IMG/VR virus record: IMGVR_UViG_3300046804_001782
Coordinates: 1 to 64,000 of that record
Strand: one strand, 5' to 3'
Length of the DNA stretch: 64,000 nucleotides
Origin: a virus
The notes beneath the pieces are model-generated. The model made no database searches and was not told the origin of the DNA. It saw nothing but the letters and a program-made list of their open reading frames with translations. Numbering within the stretch: position 1 is the first letter of the stretch; every line of letters starts with the position of its first letter. Below are positions 55,662 through 64,000 of this stretch, piece after piece. The position numbers were made by a program, and so were the translations under genes.

Positions 55662-58528
55662 TACTTCCTCCTTAATTCCTTTATACGTATTTCTTGCTCT
55701 ATCAAAGATCCTATCTCCTTAGCGATTTTCTTTATATCACTATGAGATACGTTACTAGCACTTCCTTCAATGTGTATGGTAGGAGATATTTGATATATAA
55801 CTGGGCGTGAATAAGCAACAGCAACGCCACCACTTCCTCCAGTTATCGCACTTTGTGGGGCTTGTTGTGAGGACATTGCATTTGCAAAATCACCATCACC
55901 AGCACTTTCTGGGCCGTATGGATCTACTGAAAAAGAGTTAGGTGCTACTGAGGTGGGAGCATACGTACTGTATTTTGTTTTTACGTTGGCTTTTACTTTC
56001 TTTATTATCTGATCAATAGATAGACCAAAGTATGAGGAAACACCAGACGCACTAGTCATCGACTTTCCAAGACCCTGTGTCGAAAACCCACTGGCTGTTT
56101 GAGTACTGGACGAACCATCAGACCATGTTGATGGTGTTTCAGACGTTGAAGTATTAGGGGATGTTGCGGGAGGTTGATTTGTTCCAGTTTCTGAAATTGC
56201 TTCTTCTAACCATTTTTCAATCTCTTTTTCATTTACTGATCCACCACTTTGTCCCAATAGTCCTGAAGAAATGATGTCCTTTACCAAGGATGGAATACCT
56301 ATTGTACTTGGATCCACTCCACCCTCTGTCATAGACTTTATGATTTGTTCAGTAACAAACTTAGCGTTAAGAGTTCCTAATGGAAGAGCACCCTTCTTGA
56401 TATCTTCAAGAAGAGCCTTATCTGTTGGTATGCCACCGTATCCCGGTCCTTGTTTTTGCCAGTTTATTCCTTTGGTGCCCATCCATACGGCTTTTCCTTT
56501 ATAAGGACTTCCCATTAAGCCTGCTAACTGAATGTGTGGAGGGTCACCCTTTGGAGAAGGTATTACCAACCCAAATCTTGCGGCGTTTCCAAGAACCCAT
56601 TTATTGGACCTTACATGCGCTCCGCGTTTAGCATCTCCCCAACCAAATAAAAGGTCTGCTGCCATACCAACATTATGTAGACTCATACCCGGAGGGGCCA
56701 TTGGGTAAGACTTGTCTCCCGGTTTCTTTTCCCAGAACGTTCCGTTCCAAAATATTCCTGTATCTCTGTCTGTTTCTCTATACCGTTTCCTAAAGCCAGA
56801 CTCCTGTTCTTTTACCGACCTGAAACCTTCTCCAACACCTACTGTAGATATAAGTTCACCAGACGCTGTTTTTGATACAGGGGCAGATGCTATTAGTTTT
56901 AATAACTTACTTTTAAACGTTGGACTCAATTGTGATATTTGTTGTGTGCTTCCTAGTTTGGAGTATGGAACTAATTTTGGTCTGTACCCTACTGGAACCA
57001 TTAATTCGTTAGTTTTGTTGTTGTTGTTGGCAATTTGGTCTACAGAACTACTACTGTTAGATGTAGTTGCAGTATTACCCGTTGGAATAGAGTTTCCTGT
57101 TTCAGTGCTGCGCCCATCTGTGGTTACCGGGTCACCAGTCAAGGCATTTGTTGCTGCGTAAGTCCCTCCTGCTGCTGCGAATCCAGCAGCAGGACCTGCT
57201 ACCGCCGTAGCAGCCACTCCAGCCAATGCTGATGCTCCAAACTTAAGAGCACCTTTAAGGAATCCACCTATTTTACTTTGCCAAGGACGTGTACTTGTCC
57301 GCGCTCCTATAATTCCACTCAACCTGTCTTCTAATGCTCCAAACATTTGAGTTAGTTTTTGTGTTGCTCGTTCCAGATCCGCAAAGTTATCGGCCTGACG
57401 GCTGTAGAACTTTTCTTCTCGGCGCATACGTACGCGATCTGTTTCTTCTGCTTGCGTAGCAAAGTTTTCTTCAATCCCCATGAACTTTCGTTGTTCTTTT
57501 TCACTGGGGTTATACATTCCTTTCCCACCCTTTTCTTTATATGCAACGTTTTGTCGTGCATACTGAAGAACGGTGTCAACCATCTCTTCTGGAACGCCCA
57601 TTTGACGAAGTCGTTCTCTTGATACTGATCCGGGCTGGAAAGCAGATTCAACGATAGCCTTATTTGTAAGACCAGACATTCTAGTGATGTTCTTAACAAC
57701 ATCCATTGCTGATCTTTGTTTTCCACCAAAACCGTATAGTGATTGTCCAGTCATCATAAACATTCTGTTTACTGTTTCTGGACGTGCTAATGATTCAACC
57801 ATGCTAGCAACATCACCAGTTCCTAAAGAAAAGCCAGAGATAGTTCTCAACGCTTCTACTGACGGTGCCTGTATTGCTGCATTTATTCCAGTGCGTGCCT
57901 GTAGACCAAGTAACGTATTAATACCACCCATACCAATACGATAATTTGTTAAAGGTTGCCTAAACTTGTCTTGAACCTGCACCTGTGACATACCAGTCAT
58001 CTGTTGATACAGTACGCTCATACGGTCGGCAGACAATGAATAGTTAGCATTCTCGTCTATTCTTTTGTCCATCAGGTTTACGGCTGTGGTTGCTGCACTT
58101 AGTGCCATCTGCACGCCTGCGTTAACAGCCGCGCCTTTCATACCACCGCCAGCAAGGGATCCAGCGGAACGAGCAATACCTTGTTTGTATGGTGCTTGTC
58201 TGAAGTCTTCGTCTGCTTTTTGCATGTGTGATTGACTAAGTGCTTGTTGAACTCCGTTTATAGCACCAGACTTAGATCGAAACCGTTCTGTTCCAATGTT
58301 TTGCAAAGAATCGCTCTCAACGGCCATAGACCGGATATCTTCAACAATCTTAGGAAGAACTACACTAAGTTCTTTAGCCTGTTTATTTATGCTTTCAAAC
58401 AGTTTGTTTATGTTAGTAAGAAGTCCTGTAGGTAGGCTAAGTTTCCCCTTGGAGGATGGTCCTACAGGATTGTTTTGGGAACCAATCATGTTCCCAACTT
58501 GTTGATTTACTTCAAACTCGTTTTCCAC
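55661..58528 (-). CDS. Tape-measure-like protein with M15 peptidase domain
   Basis: Helical N-terminus, hydrophobic Gly/Ala segment, GFRS..EQ, APPGMSLHNVGMAAD, DPPHIQ. Confidence 0.7.
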   Translation of the reverse strand: MENEFEVNQQVGNMIGSQNNPVGPSSKGKLSLPTGLLTNINKLFESINKQAKELSVVLPKIVEDIRSMAVESDSLQNIGTERFRSKSGAINGVQQALSQSHMQKADEDFRQAPYKQGIARSAGSLAGGGMKGAAVNAGVQMALSAATTAVNLMDKRIDENANYSLSADRMSVLYQQMTGMSQVQVQDKFRQPLTNYRIGMGGINTLLGLQARTGINAAIQAPSVEALRTISGFSLGTGDVASMVESLARPETVNRMFMMTGQSLYGFGGKQRSAMDVVKNITRMSGLTNKAIVESAFQPGSVSRERLRQMGVPEEMVDTVLQYARQNVAYKEKGGKGMYNPSEKEQRKFMGIEENFATQAEETDRVRMRREEKFYSRQADNFADLERATQKLTQMFGALEDRLSGIIGARTSTRPWQSKIGGFLKGALKFGASALAGVAATAVAGPAAGFAAAGGTYAATNALTGDPVTTDGRSTETGNSIPTGNTATTSNSSSSVDQIANNNNKTNELMVPVGYRPKLVPYSKLGSTQQISQLSPTFKSKLLKLIASAPVSKTASGELISTVGVGEGFRSVKEQESGFRKRYRETDRDTGIFWNGTFWEKKPGDKSYPMAPPGMSLHNVGMAADLLFGWGDAKRGAHVRSNKWVLGNAARFGLVIPSPKGDPPHIQLAGLMGSPYKGKAVWMGTKGINWQKQGPGYGGIPTDKALLEDIKKGALPLGTLNAKFVTEQIIKSMTEGGVDPSTIGIPSLVKDIISSGLLGQSGGSVNEKEIEKWLEEAISETGTNQPPATSPNTSTSETPSTWSDGSSSTQTASGFSTQGLGKSMTSASGVSSYFGLSIDQIIKKVKANVKTKYSTYAPTSVAPNSFSVDPYGPESAGDGDFANAMSSQQAPQSAITGGSGGVAVAYSRPVIYQISPTIHIEGSASNVSHSDIKKIAKEIGSLIEQEIRIKELRRK

Positions 58529-58689
58529 TACACCCCTCCGTTACTCAGTCGCCACCTAGCGGTGCGGAACCAATAATCCCTTTGCCGAACACTCATTGTT
58601 CGGATATCCGTTAGATTAAACCCTTTGTATACGGAGGCTATGTATTCGTAATCCCAGTATATCTTTCTTATATCAACCGAGTATAAGAA
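58528..58689 (-). CDS. Probable frameshift extension of tail assembly chaperone (gpGT-like)
   Basis: +1-frame ORF FLYSVDIRKIYWDYEYIASVY...RQRDYW with no 5' start codon; stop overlaps tape-measure GTG. Confidence 0.6.
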   Translation of the reverse strand, partial: FLYSVDIRKIYWDYEYIASVYKGFNLTDIRTMSVRQRDYWFRTARWRLSNGGV

Positions 58690-59464
58690 ACACCCAGTCG
58701 ATCATAGCGGTGATCTTACTGCCGCAATGAACGCAATCTACGTCCACCTCCTCCATCGTGGGACCCATTTCTATAGAAATAAGTTCCTTGATGAGTTTGT
58801 TACGATCAACCATTCCTAATGAACGCGCCCATTCTTCTGGGTTTGTTGGGGCATTCTCTTTCCAAACGCTGCAACGGGCCAACAAAAGAGTGCTCTGCTC
58901 TGCATTTGTCTTAGCCTTTTTACCGACATACAAGGTGTCCGCAGCAGTAGGGATCCTTAGTTCGTGAATGACACCATTACGTAACTCCACCTTTAGTGTG
59001 TCTGTTGGGTCAAAACTGGGAACAACAACAGGAAAGTCATCTACAAGATCAATTGTTATTTTATTAATCTTATTACAAGAATCACAGGTTCTATCAAAGG
59101 AACGCTCACGACCGTAGGTCGTTCTTACAATTGCCAAGAAGAGGGAGTTGCGATCACCTATTGCTAAATCATCTAGCCTGCTTTGAAAATTAGATATTGA
59201 GCCAAGCGACACAACACCCATTTTCAAAATCTCAGTAATGTACTCAGCATAGGTTATGTTTTTGCGGTTCTCCAATGAGGCAATACGCTCTTCGTCATAC
59301 CCATTGAGTTCTCTAACTTCTGCTACTCGTTCCCAAATACCAGTAGTGGTATTCAATAAGCCACGCTGTAGTTCTATAAAATTGCTTAGATGATTGGGTA
59401 TTTCTGGAAATGACTCTTGATTAATGTTTTGTAAAGCATCAACAGTCTCCACTTGGTGTTCCAT
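58673..59464 (-). CDS. Tail assembly chaperone / T4 gp26-like hub assembly protein
   Basis: VRELNGYDEE, GDR..LFLAI..TYG, CDSC, CVHCG. Confidence 0.7.
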   Translation of the reverse strand: MEHQVETVDALQNINQESFPEIPNHLSNFIELQRGLLNTTTGIWERVAEVRELNGYDEERIASLENRKNITYAEYITEILKMGVVSLGSISNFQSRLDDLAIGDRNSLFLAIVRTTYGRERSFDRTCDSCNKINKITIDLVDDFPVVVPSFDPTDTLKVELRNGVIHELRIPTAADTLYVGKKAKTNAEQSTLLLARCSVWKENAPTNPEEWARSLGMVDRNKLIKELISIEMGPTMEEVDVDCVHCGSKITAMIDWVFLILG

Positions 59465-59486
59465 TTATATAACCTTTCCTAGTCTA

Positions 59487-60113
59487 TTAGTTCAGTTGTG
59501 ACAGTTTGTCGAAGTCACTTTCGTTATTCACGATAACAAAACCTTCATGATGTAGCGTCATTTGCTGAACCAGAATACCACTACTACTTGCATTGAGGTC
59601 TGTCATTGCAAAAGCACCGGGCCAGCAGTTGTATAGCGCAAAACCAAGGCGCATTGATGGAAGGTTTACTGTTTGCTGTGTTGCTTCGACAGGATCTACA
59701 ACATACGTTGCACCTGATGCGGGGTGGTCTAGTACTCGTACATACACGTTACACCGATAATCGTTAGAACCTGAGTTAGAGGTTCCTGAAAGCGCGTTTA
59801 GTGCTCCAGTACTCCATGTGTGCAGATATTGCTGCCACTTATACAAAGCATCTTGGTTAGGACCAAGAAACACACCACGACTAAAGGTTATTGCTCCGTA
59901 GTCTGACTGTCCTAGGAGTTTATGCGGGTGCGTGTTCATACCACCCTCACGGTAACTGACAACGTCATTAGTTACAGTAAGACCTGAGACAACAGCAAAG
60001 CCTAGGTTTAGATCACCAGTAATTCCCATAGCCTGCTTAAGTGAGGCTGGTGGAGAAATTGTTACATCAAATTTAAAGTCACGAATGGGATCGTGTGAAG
60101 ATGAACGTGGCAT
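59487..60113 (-). CDS. Tail tube protein (T4 gp19-like)
   Basis: DPIRDFKF, SGL, YREGG, ITFSRG, NCWP, LHHEG. Confidence 0.9.
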   Translation of the reverse strand: MPRSSSHDPIRDFKFDVTISPPASLKQAMGITGDLNLGFAVVSGLTVTNDVVSYREGGMNTHPHKLLGQSDYGAITFSRGVFLGPNQDALYKWQQYLHTWSTGALNALSGTSNSGSNDYRCNVYVRVLDHPASGATYVVDPVEATQQTVNLPSMRLGFALYNCWPGAFAMTDLNASSSGILVQQMTLHHEGFVIVNNESDFDKLSQLN

Positions 60114-60126
60114 AGGTTCTCCCTTA

Positions 60127-61638
60127 TTAGAGTGTTTCTACGGCATTGCTGCCGCCTGTCCATTGACTAATGTTAATAACTATGAATTCCGCTGGTTGCT
60201 GTAGAGCCACGCCGATTTCAACATGGACTTCCCCATCGTCAACAGTACTTACTGTGTTGTTTGTGGAGTCACAAGTAACGTAGTAAGCCTGATTTTGTGA
60301 TCCCTTCAAACCGCCAGCAGCCCAAAACGTGCTAAGAACGTTTCCACAGGCAGAGCGAACTGCTGCCCACAGGCGTTCATCGTTAGGTTCAAAAACTGCA
60401 AACTGTGTTGCATCCTTTAGGGCTTGCTTCAAGTAGTTGAGTGATCGACGTACAGAGATATACCGATCTGGGCGTAGACGCTCTAGTGTGCGACCACCGA
60501 AAAGGACAATACCTGCACCCGGAACCTGCTTAAAGCAGTTGATACCCGCGTTGTACATATCCCCGATATCGCCTTCGGTAAGTTTAAGATCAATACCAAG
60601 AGCATTACGGATGTCTGCTGAATAACCAGCGGGTGTCTTAGCCACACTACGCTCTGCCTCAGTACGAGCATAAAGACCGGCAACTGCTCCACCGGGATAT
60701 GTGCGTCGTATAGCCGCTGGTCCACTACGTGCTGGATCAACCATCGTAAGCATTGGAGCGCAGAAGATAGCGTAGTTACTACCGGGTGATGAACGGTGTG
60801 TAGAAACTTCAGCAATAAATGCTGACTTATCTGTACTTAGTGGTGATGGATCAATGATTGCTATAGAAGTTCCACGATCTAGTGCTTTAGCCATTACAGC
60901 GTTTACTACTGTACCGGTGTACTTGCCTACCGCATTGATCATCAGAACACCTTCAATAGTGTCCAGAAGGTCTAAAGCATCAGCGTAATCCTCATCGTCA
61001 GGGGCATCATTAGTACCACCAGCAAGCGTATACGCAGTTAGTATGAAGTCTGTATCTGGACCAGCCAAGATGGACGCAATATTAGATATACGAATGTACC
61101 TTGAGTACGTATTGATAACACTACCTACGTACCTTGAATTAGATACTTCAGTTGACACCTCGGTCCAACGCTCAACTTCAAGGCCATCCAGTGTTACAAC
61201 AACATTGAATGTTGGTATTACATCTACGGCAGGGGTTACTAGACCTTCAGTAATTGAAATTTGAATAGTGTTGCCCCAAGTGCCGGGATCTATTGCTTCT
61301 ACATCAAACAGTGTTGCACTTGCACCAGTACCACCATTTGTGTAGTACTTTACTGCGATTTCTGAAGTAGTTGCACCAGTACCAACTACACGAGTTACAT
61401 ATGCTGCTGGACCACCATTAGCAAAGTAATGATAAACAGCATAACCCAAATCGTGTGATGTGGATACTGGTCCAAATAGAGAAGTGAATTCAGTCCATGT
61501 GCTGATAAGTGTTGGACTAACTGGACCTCGGTCAGAGGTTCCAAAAAATGCCGCAATAGATGAACTAAGGTTAATAGAGGCTACACGACTCTTGAATGTT
61601 GATTCAGATACGTATACGCCGGGTGTTGAGTAAGCCAT
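60127..61638 (-). CDS. Contractile tail sheath protein
   Basis: PGVYVSE, YFANGG, YISVRR, FEPND, PAEFIVI. Confidence 0.95.
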   Translation of the reverse strand: MAYSTPGVYVSESTFKSRVASINLSSSIAAFFGTSDRGPVSPTLISTWTEFTSLFGPVSTSHDLGYAVYHYFANGGPAAYVTRVVGTGATTSEIAVKYYTNGGTGASATLFDVEAIDPGTWGNTIQISITEGLVTPAVDVIPTFNVVVTLDGLEVERWTEVSTEVSNSRYVGSVINTYSRYIRISNIASILAGPDTDFILTAYTLAGGTNDAPDDEDYADALDLLDTIEGVLMINAVGKYTGTVVNAVMAKALDRGTSIAIIDPSPLSTDKSAFIAEVSTHRSSPGSNYAIFCAPMLTMVDPARSGPAAIRRTYPGGAVAGLYARTEAERSVAKTPAGYSADIRNALGIDLKLTEGDIGDMYNAGINCFKQVPGAGIVLFGGRTLERLRPDRYISVRRSLNYLKQALKDATQFAVFEPNDERLWAAVRSACGNVLSTFWAAGGLKGSQNQAYYVTCDSTNNTVSTVDDGEVHVEIGVALQQPAEFIVINISQWTGGSNAVETL

Positions 61639-62351
61639 TAAAAAGCCTCCGAAAAAGGTGGGTTGAATACGGGAGTTTCGCTTTCTACATTAGTAATATT
61701 AGCAACTACAGAGGTTGCTCGCTTGACTAGTGTCCAGTCTTCTCGTGGTATCTCTGCATTGATTTTCAATGTATATACTTTACGAAAGATTCGTTTACGG
61801 TAACCAGACTCATTGTCTAGTAGGTCAGCCTGCTGCCAACCAAGCATGTCCAGACGACGGGTGGTGCCATCGGCAGGTATAAGTAGTGCATTACTACGAA
61901 ACGGTAATATATAACGTAATAATTTTGCAGTTAGTTGTCGGTCATGAAGGGCCGAACGTGTGTATGTAGATATTTGATATGTAAGATCTACAGGTATTGG
62001 GGCAATCATTCTCAAATAGTCTTGTTGGTTATCCTCTAACAAATCGTCCATACCATCTTGATCTATCTCAGATGGAAAATACCCAATACTTAAATTTCCA
62101 AAATTGCTAATGTTCTCTGCATCTGTGTGTTGATAGTAGTAATAGTGCTCTGAGTGTTGCCTATTTAGTGCTTGTACTAAACTGACCATCTCAATAGTTA
62201 TAAATGGGTATTCTTTTTCAGTTTCACCTTCAGGGTATCTAAAGAACACCTTCACGGGCCTGCTTGCGTTTCGATCATCAGAAACGGTTATGCCAGACAG
62301 GCGAGTTTTTAATGCTTCATCTTCAGCAAGAAGGAAACCTGTGCGAGACAT
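61638..62351 (-). CDS. Tail terminator/completion protein
   Basis: EDEALK, YPFITI, DLTYQI; position upstream of sheath. Confidence 0.6.
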   Translation of the reverse strand: MSRTGFLLAEDEALKTRLSGITVSDDRNASRPVKVFFRYPEGETEKEYPFITIEMVSLVQALNRQHSEHYYYYQHTDAENISNFGNLSIGYFPSEIDQDGMDDLLEDNQQDYLRMIAPIPVDLTYQISTYTRSALHDRQLTAKLLRYILPFRSNALLIPADGTTRRLDMLGWQQADLLDNESGYRKRIFRKVYTLKINAEIPREDWTLVKRATSVVANITNVESETPVFNPPFSEAF

Positions 62352-62698
62352 TATGCCAATTCCTTTATTACTTTATTTAGTTCAGTGTTGGCATATTGTG
62401 TAAAGTTACGAACTTTTGAATTCAAAGGATTTTGTGGTGTCCCATACTCTAGATCAAGAGCCTTGGGATGGTTTACCTGTACAACAAAACCATCATCGGT
62501 GATATTTACCTGTGCGTAATCAACTAGAGTTTCCCAGTCTTTATCTTGTTTAAGAATGGTGCGAAACTCTTCTTGAAGAGACGCTGCCTTTTCCGCAAGT
62601 TTAGTAATGACCACACTTTTAAGGTTTATATAGTCATTTAACTCTATAGAAGGACCATCAGAAGGTGTCTGCATGGATGCAGCAGTTTCGACGCTCAT
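62351..62698 (-). CDS. Neck/tail completion-type hypothetical protein
   Basis: ALDLEYGT motif. Confidence 0.5.
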   Translation of the reverse strand: MSVETAASMQTPSDGPSIELNDYINLKSVVITKLAEKAASLQEEFRTILKQDKDWETLVDYAQVNITDDGFVVQVNHPKALDLEYGTPQNPLNSKVRNFTQYANTELNKVIKELA

Positions 62699-62758
62699 AC
62701 GTCCCTCCGTGGTCTAGGCAATTAAGACAATAGACGCTCATCTACTGTCTAATATAGT

Positions 62759-63289
62759 TTAGCCTAAAATTGGAAGGTTAGTTGGCCAAGGCAATTCTGT
62801 ATCTAAATCATCGTAGGGGCCGGGGTCGTTTACCATTTCTTGATCAACGTACAACTGACTTCCTTGAACAAGGTGATAAACGTCACCACGTAAGTTTCCT
62901 CGTACTTTGTAATCAACCACTGTATATACTCGCCCATCCCACTTAAAAATGTCATTAAGGTGGTTTTCATACTCCCAAGGATTGCTAATACCAGCATCTC
63001 GCATAGTCTTAGAAGTTATAAACATTTCTATATTCTGGATGGGCAGGCGCGCGTCAGGTATTGCTCTCTTTTGGTCTTCTATTTCAGTTATCCGTAGTAC
63101 CGGAAGTTTTACCCCTTGCTTATACTTTCTTCCATTGCTTCCTACAATACCCTCGTCATAAACGTCATCAAAGGTACTGTTGCCAACAGTTAGTGGTAAA
63201 AACTCGTACCAAACAATTACCATTCCCTGAGTTTTATGGAACCAATCAAACTGTTTATTTATTAAATCCAGTTCACGTCTGATATCCAT
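62759..63289 (-). CDS. Head closure / head-tail joining protein (putative)
   Basis: DDVYDEG, DIFKWDGRVY; position. Confidence 0.5.
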   Translation of the reverse strand: MDIRRELDLINKQFDWFHKTQGMVIVWYEFLPLTVGNSTFDDVYDEGIVGSNGRKYKQGVKLPVLRITEIEDQKRAIPDARLPIQNIEMFITSKTMRDAGISNPWEYENHLNDIFKWDGRVYTVVDYKVRGNLRGDVYHLVQGSQLYVDQEMVNDPGPYDDLDTELPWPTNLPILG

Positions 63290-64000
63290 TAGTAATACAC
63301 CGTCGTTGTTTGTCCAGAGGGTGGAGGACCATCAACGTAAACATCAGTACGCATCGGTTCTTCTTTAATTTCTTGATTAATAATCCCTGAATCCATACGT
63401 GGCCATAGACGCTCAACAGGGCTATATTCACCAATTTCACGAGCCTTATACAAAGGCACAAGATAACCAGTTGTTCTGGATATGCGCCGCAAAGAGAACA
63501 CTTCCATACGGTCAATACCAATATTCAAAGCCGTAGCGTGCCTCTTATATTCTTCTTCCCATTGTGCTAGAAGGGCTTGAACCATCCTAAAACGCTGACT
63601 GGCAGGAATGTGTACTGATTCAGATGTTATTACATCAATGTCACGACTGTACTCAGTCATCAATGCCCATAGGCTTTCACATATAGCAGAAATACCTATC
63701 GCATTAATTACTGCGTCAGACACCTCAGTTAAATCAAAACCTACCGGATCAAGGTGTTTTTCTACGGCCTTCTTTGCGTAAAAAGCAAGGTCGTCAGGAG
63801 TTACCCATTCATAGTAATAACCCTCCACCATAATCTTGGAAGAAGATGTTGGAGGGTTATTTAGTCTCATGATTCCGTTTCTGGAATCAAGGGTGTATCC
63901 AGTAGCGGCTATAGCCGTAACACTGGCTGATGGCGTATTGGGAATGTATGACGCAACCCACAAAGAGTCAGCATCGACGTTAGTGTGCCCAAGTTGATAC
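63289..64000 (-). CDS. Head-tail adaptor/neck protein (5' partial)
   Basis: Frame open to window end; IPASQRFR, FSLRRISRTT. Confidence 0.5.
   Translation of the reverse strand, partial: YQLGHTNVDADSLWVASYIPNTPSASVTAIAATGYTLDSRNGIMRLNNPPTSSSKIMVEGYYYEWVTPDDLAFYAKKAVEKHLDPVGFDLTEVSDAVINAIGISAICESLWALMTEYSRDIDVITSESVHIPASQRFRMVQALLAQWEEEYKRHATALNIGIDRMEVFSLRRISRTTGYLVPLYKAREIGEYSPVERLWPRMDSGIINQEIKEEPMRTDVYVDGPPPSGQTTTVYY

Noticed and set aside
47945-62351. Stand-alone extracellular contractile injection system
   Set aside because: Contiguous with neck genes and a full replication module, so a phage tail is the simpler reading.

Overview
A 64-kb internal segment of a large, apparently lytic dsDNA phage with a contractile (myovirus/CIS-like) tail. 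Two WhiB genes and an MSMEG_6728-type glycosylase suggest an actinobacterial host (inference). There are four blocks. (i) 1-19271 (+): an early/accessory arm of tightly coupled small genes plus a MoxR AAA/VWA pair, SNF2 helicase, RmlB-like dehydratase, HNH, WhiB and a deaminase. (ii) 19260-42048 (-): nucleotide metabolism and replication (glycosyltransferase, HD-DUF6378 fusion, TGT-like protein, SpoVS, ThyX, Cas4-like nuclease, RecA, PolA, SSB, SNF2, primase, DnaB, DnaC-like loader, initiator with internal iterons). (iii) 42126-43334 (+): a small island of Dps and Lys-rich micro-proteins. (iv) 43368-64000 (-): tail fibre, baseplate, tape measure, tube, sheath and neck genes. The most striking unexplained signal is five same-orientation copies of a 35-bp quasi-palindromic site (invariant GCAAACGTG-N5-GTCCA) at or near gene junctions of the early arm. 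Their spacings (4835, 4509, 4178, 3852 bp) shrink by an almost constant 326-331 bp. Other notable items are a ~450-nt hairpin-dense non-coding element, a compact pseudoknot, two ATGA-coupled leader peptides ahead of the replication initiator, and a probable +1 frameshift in the tail-assembly chaperone. No integrase, tRNA, rRNA or CRISPR array was seen. All functional calls come from motif recognition by eye; no searches were run.
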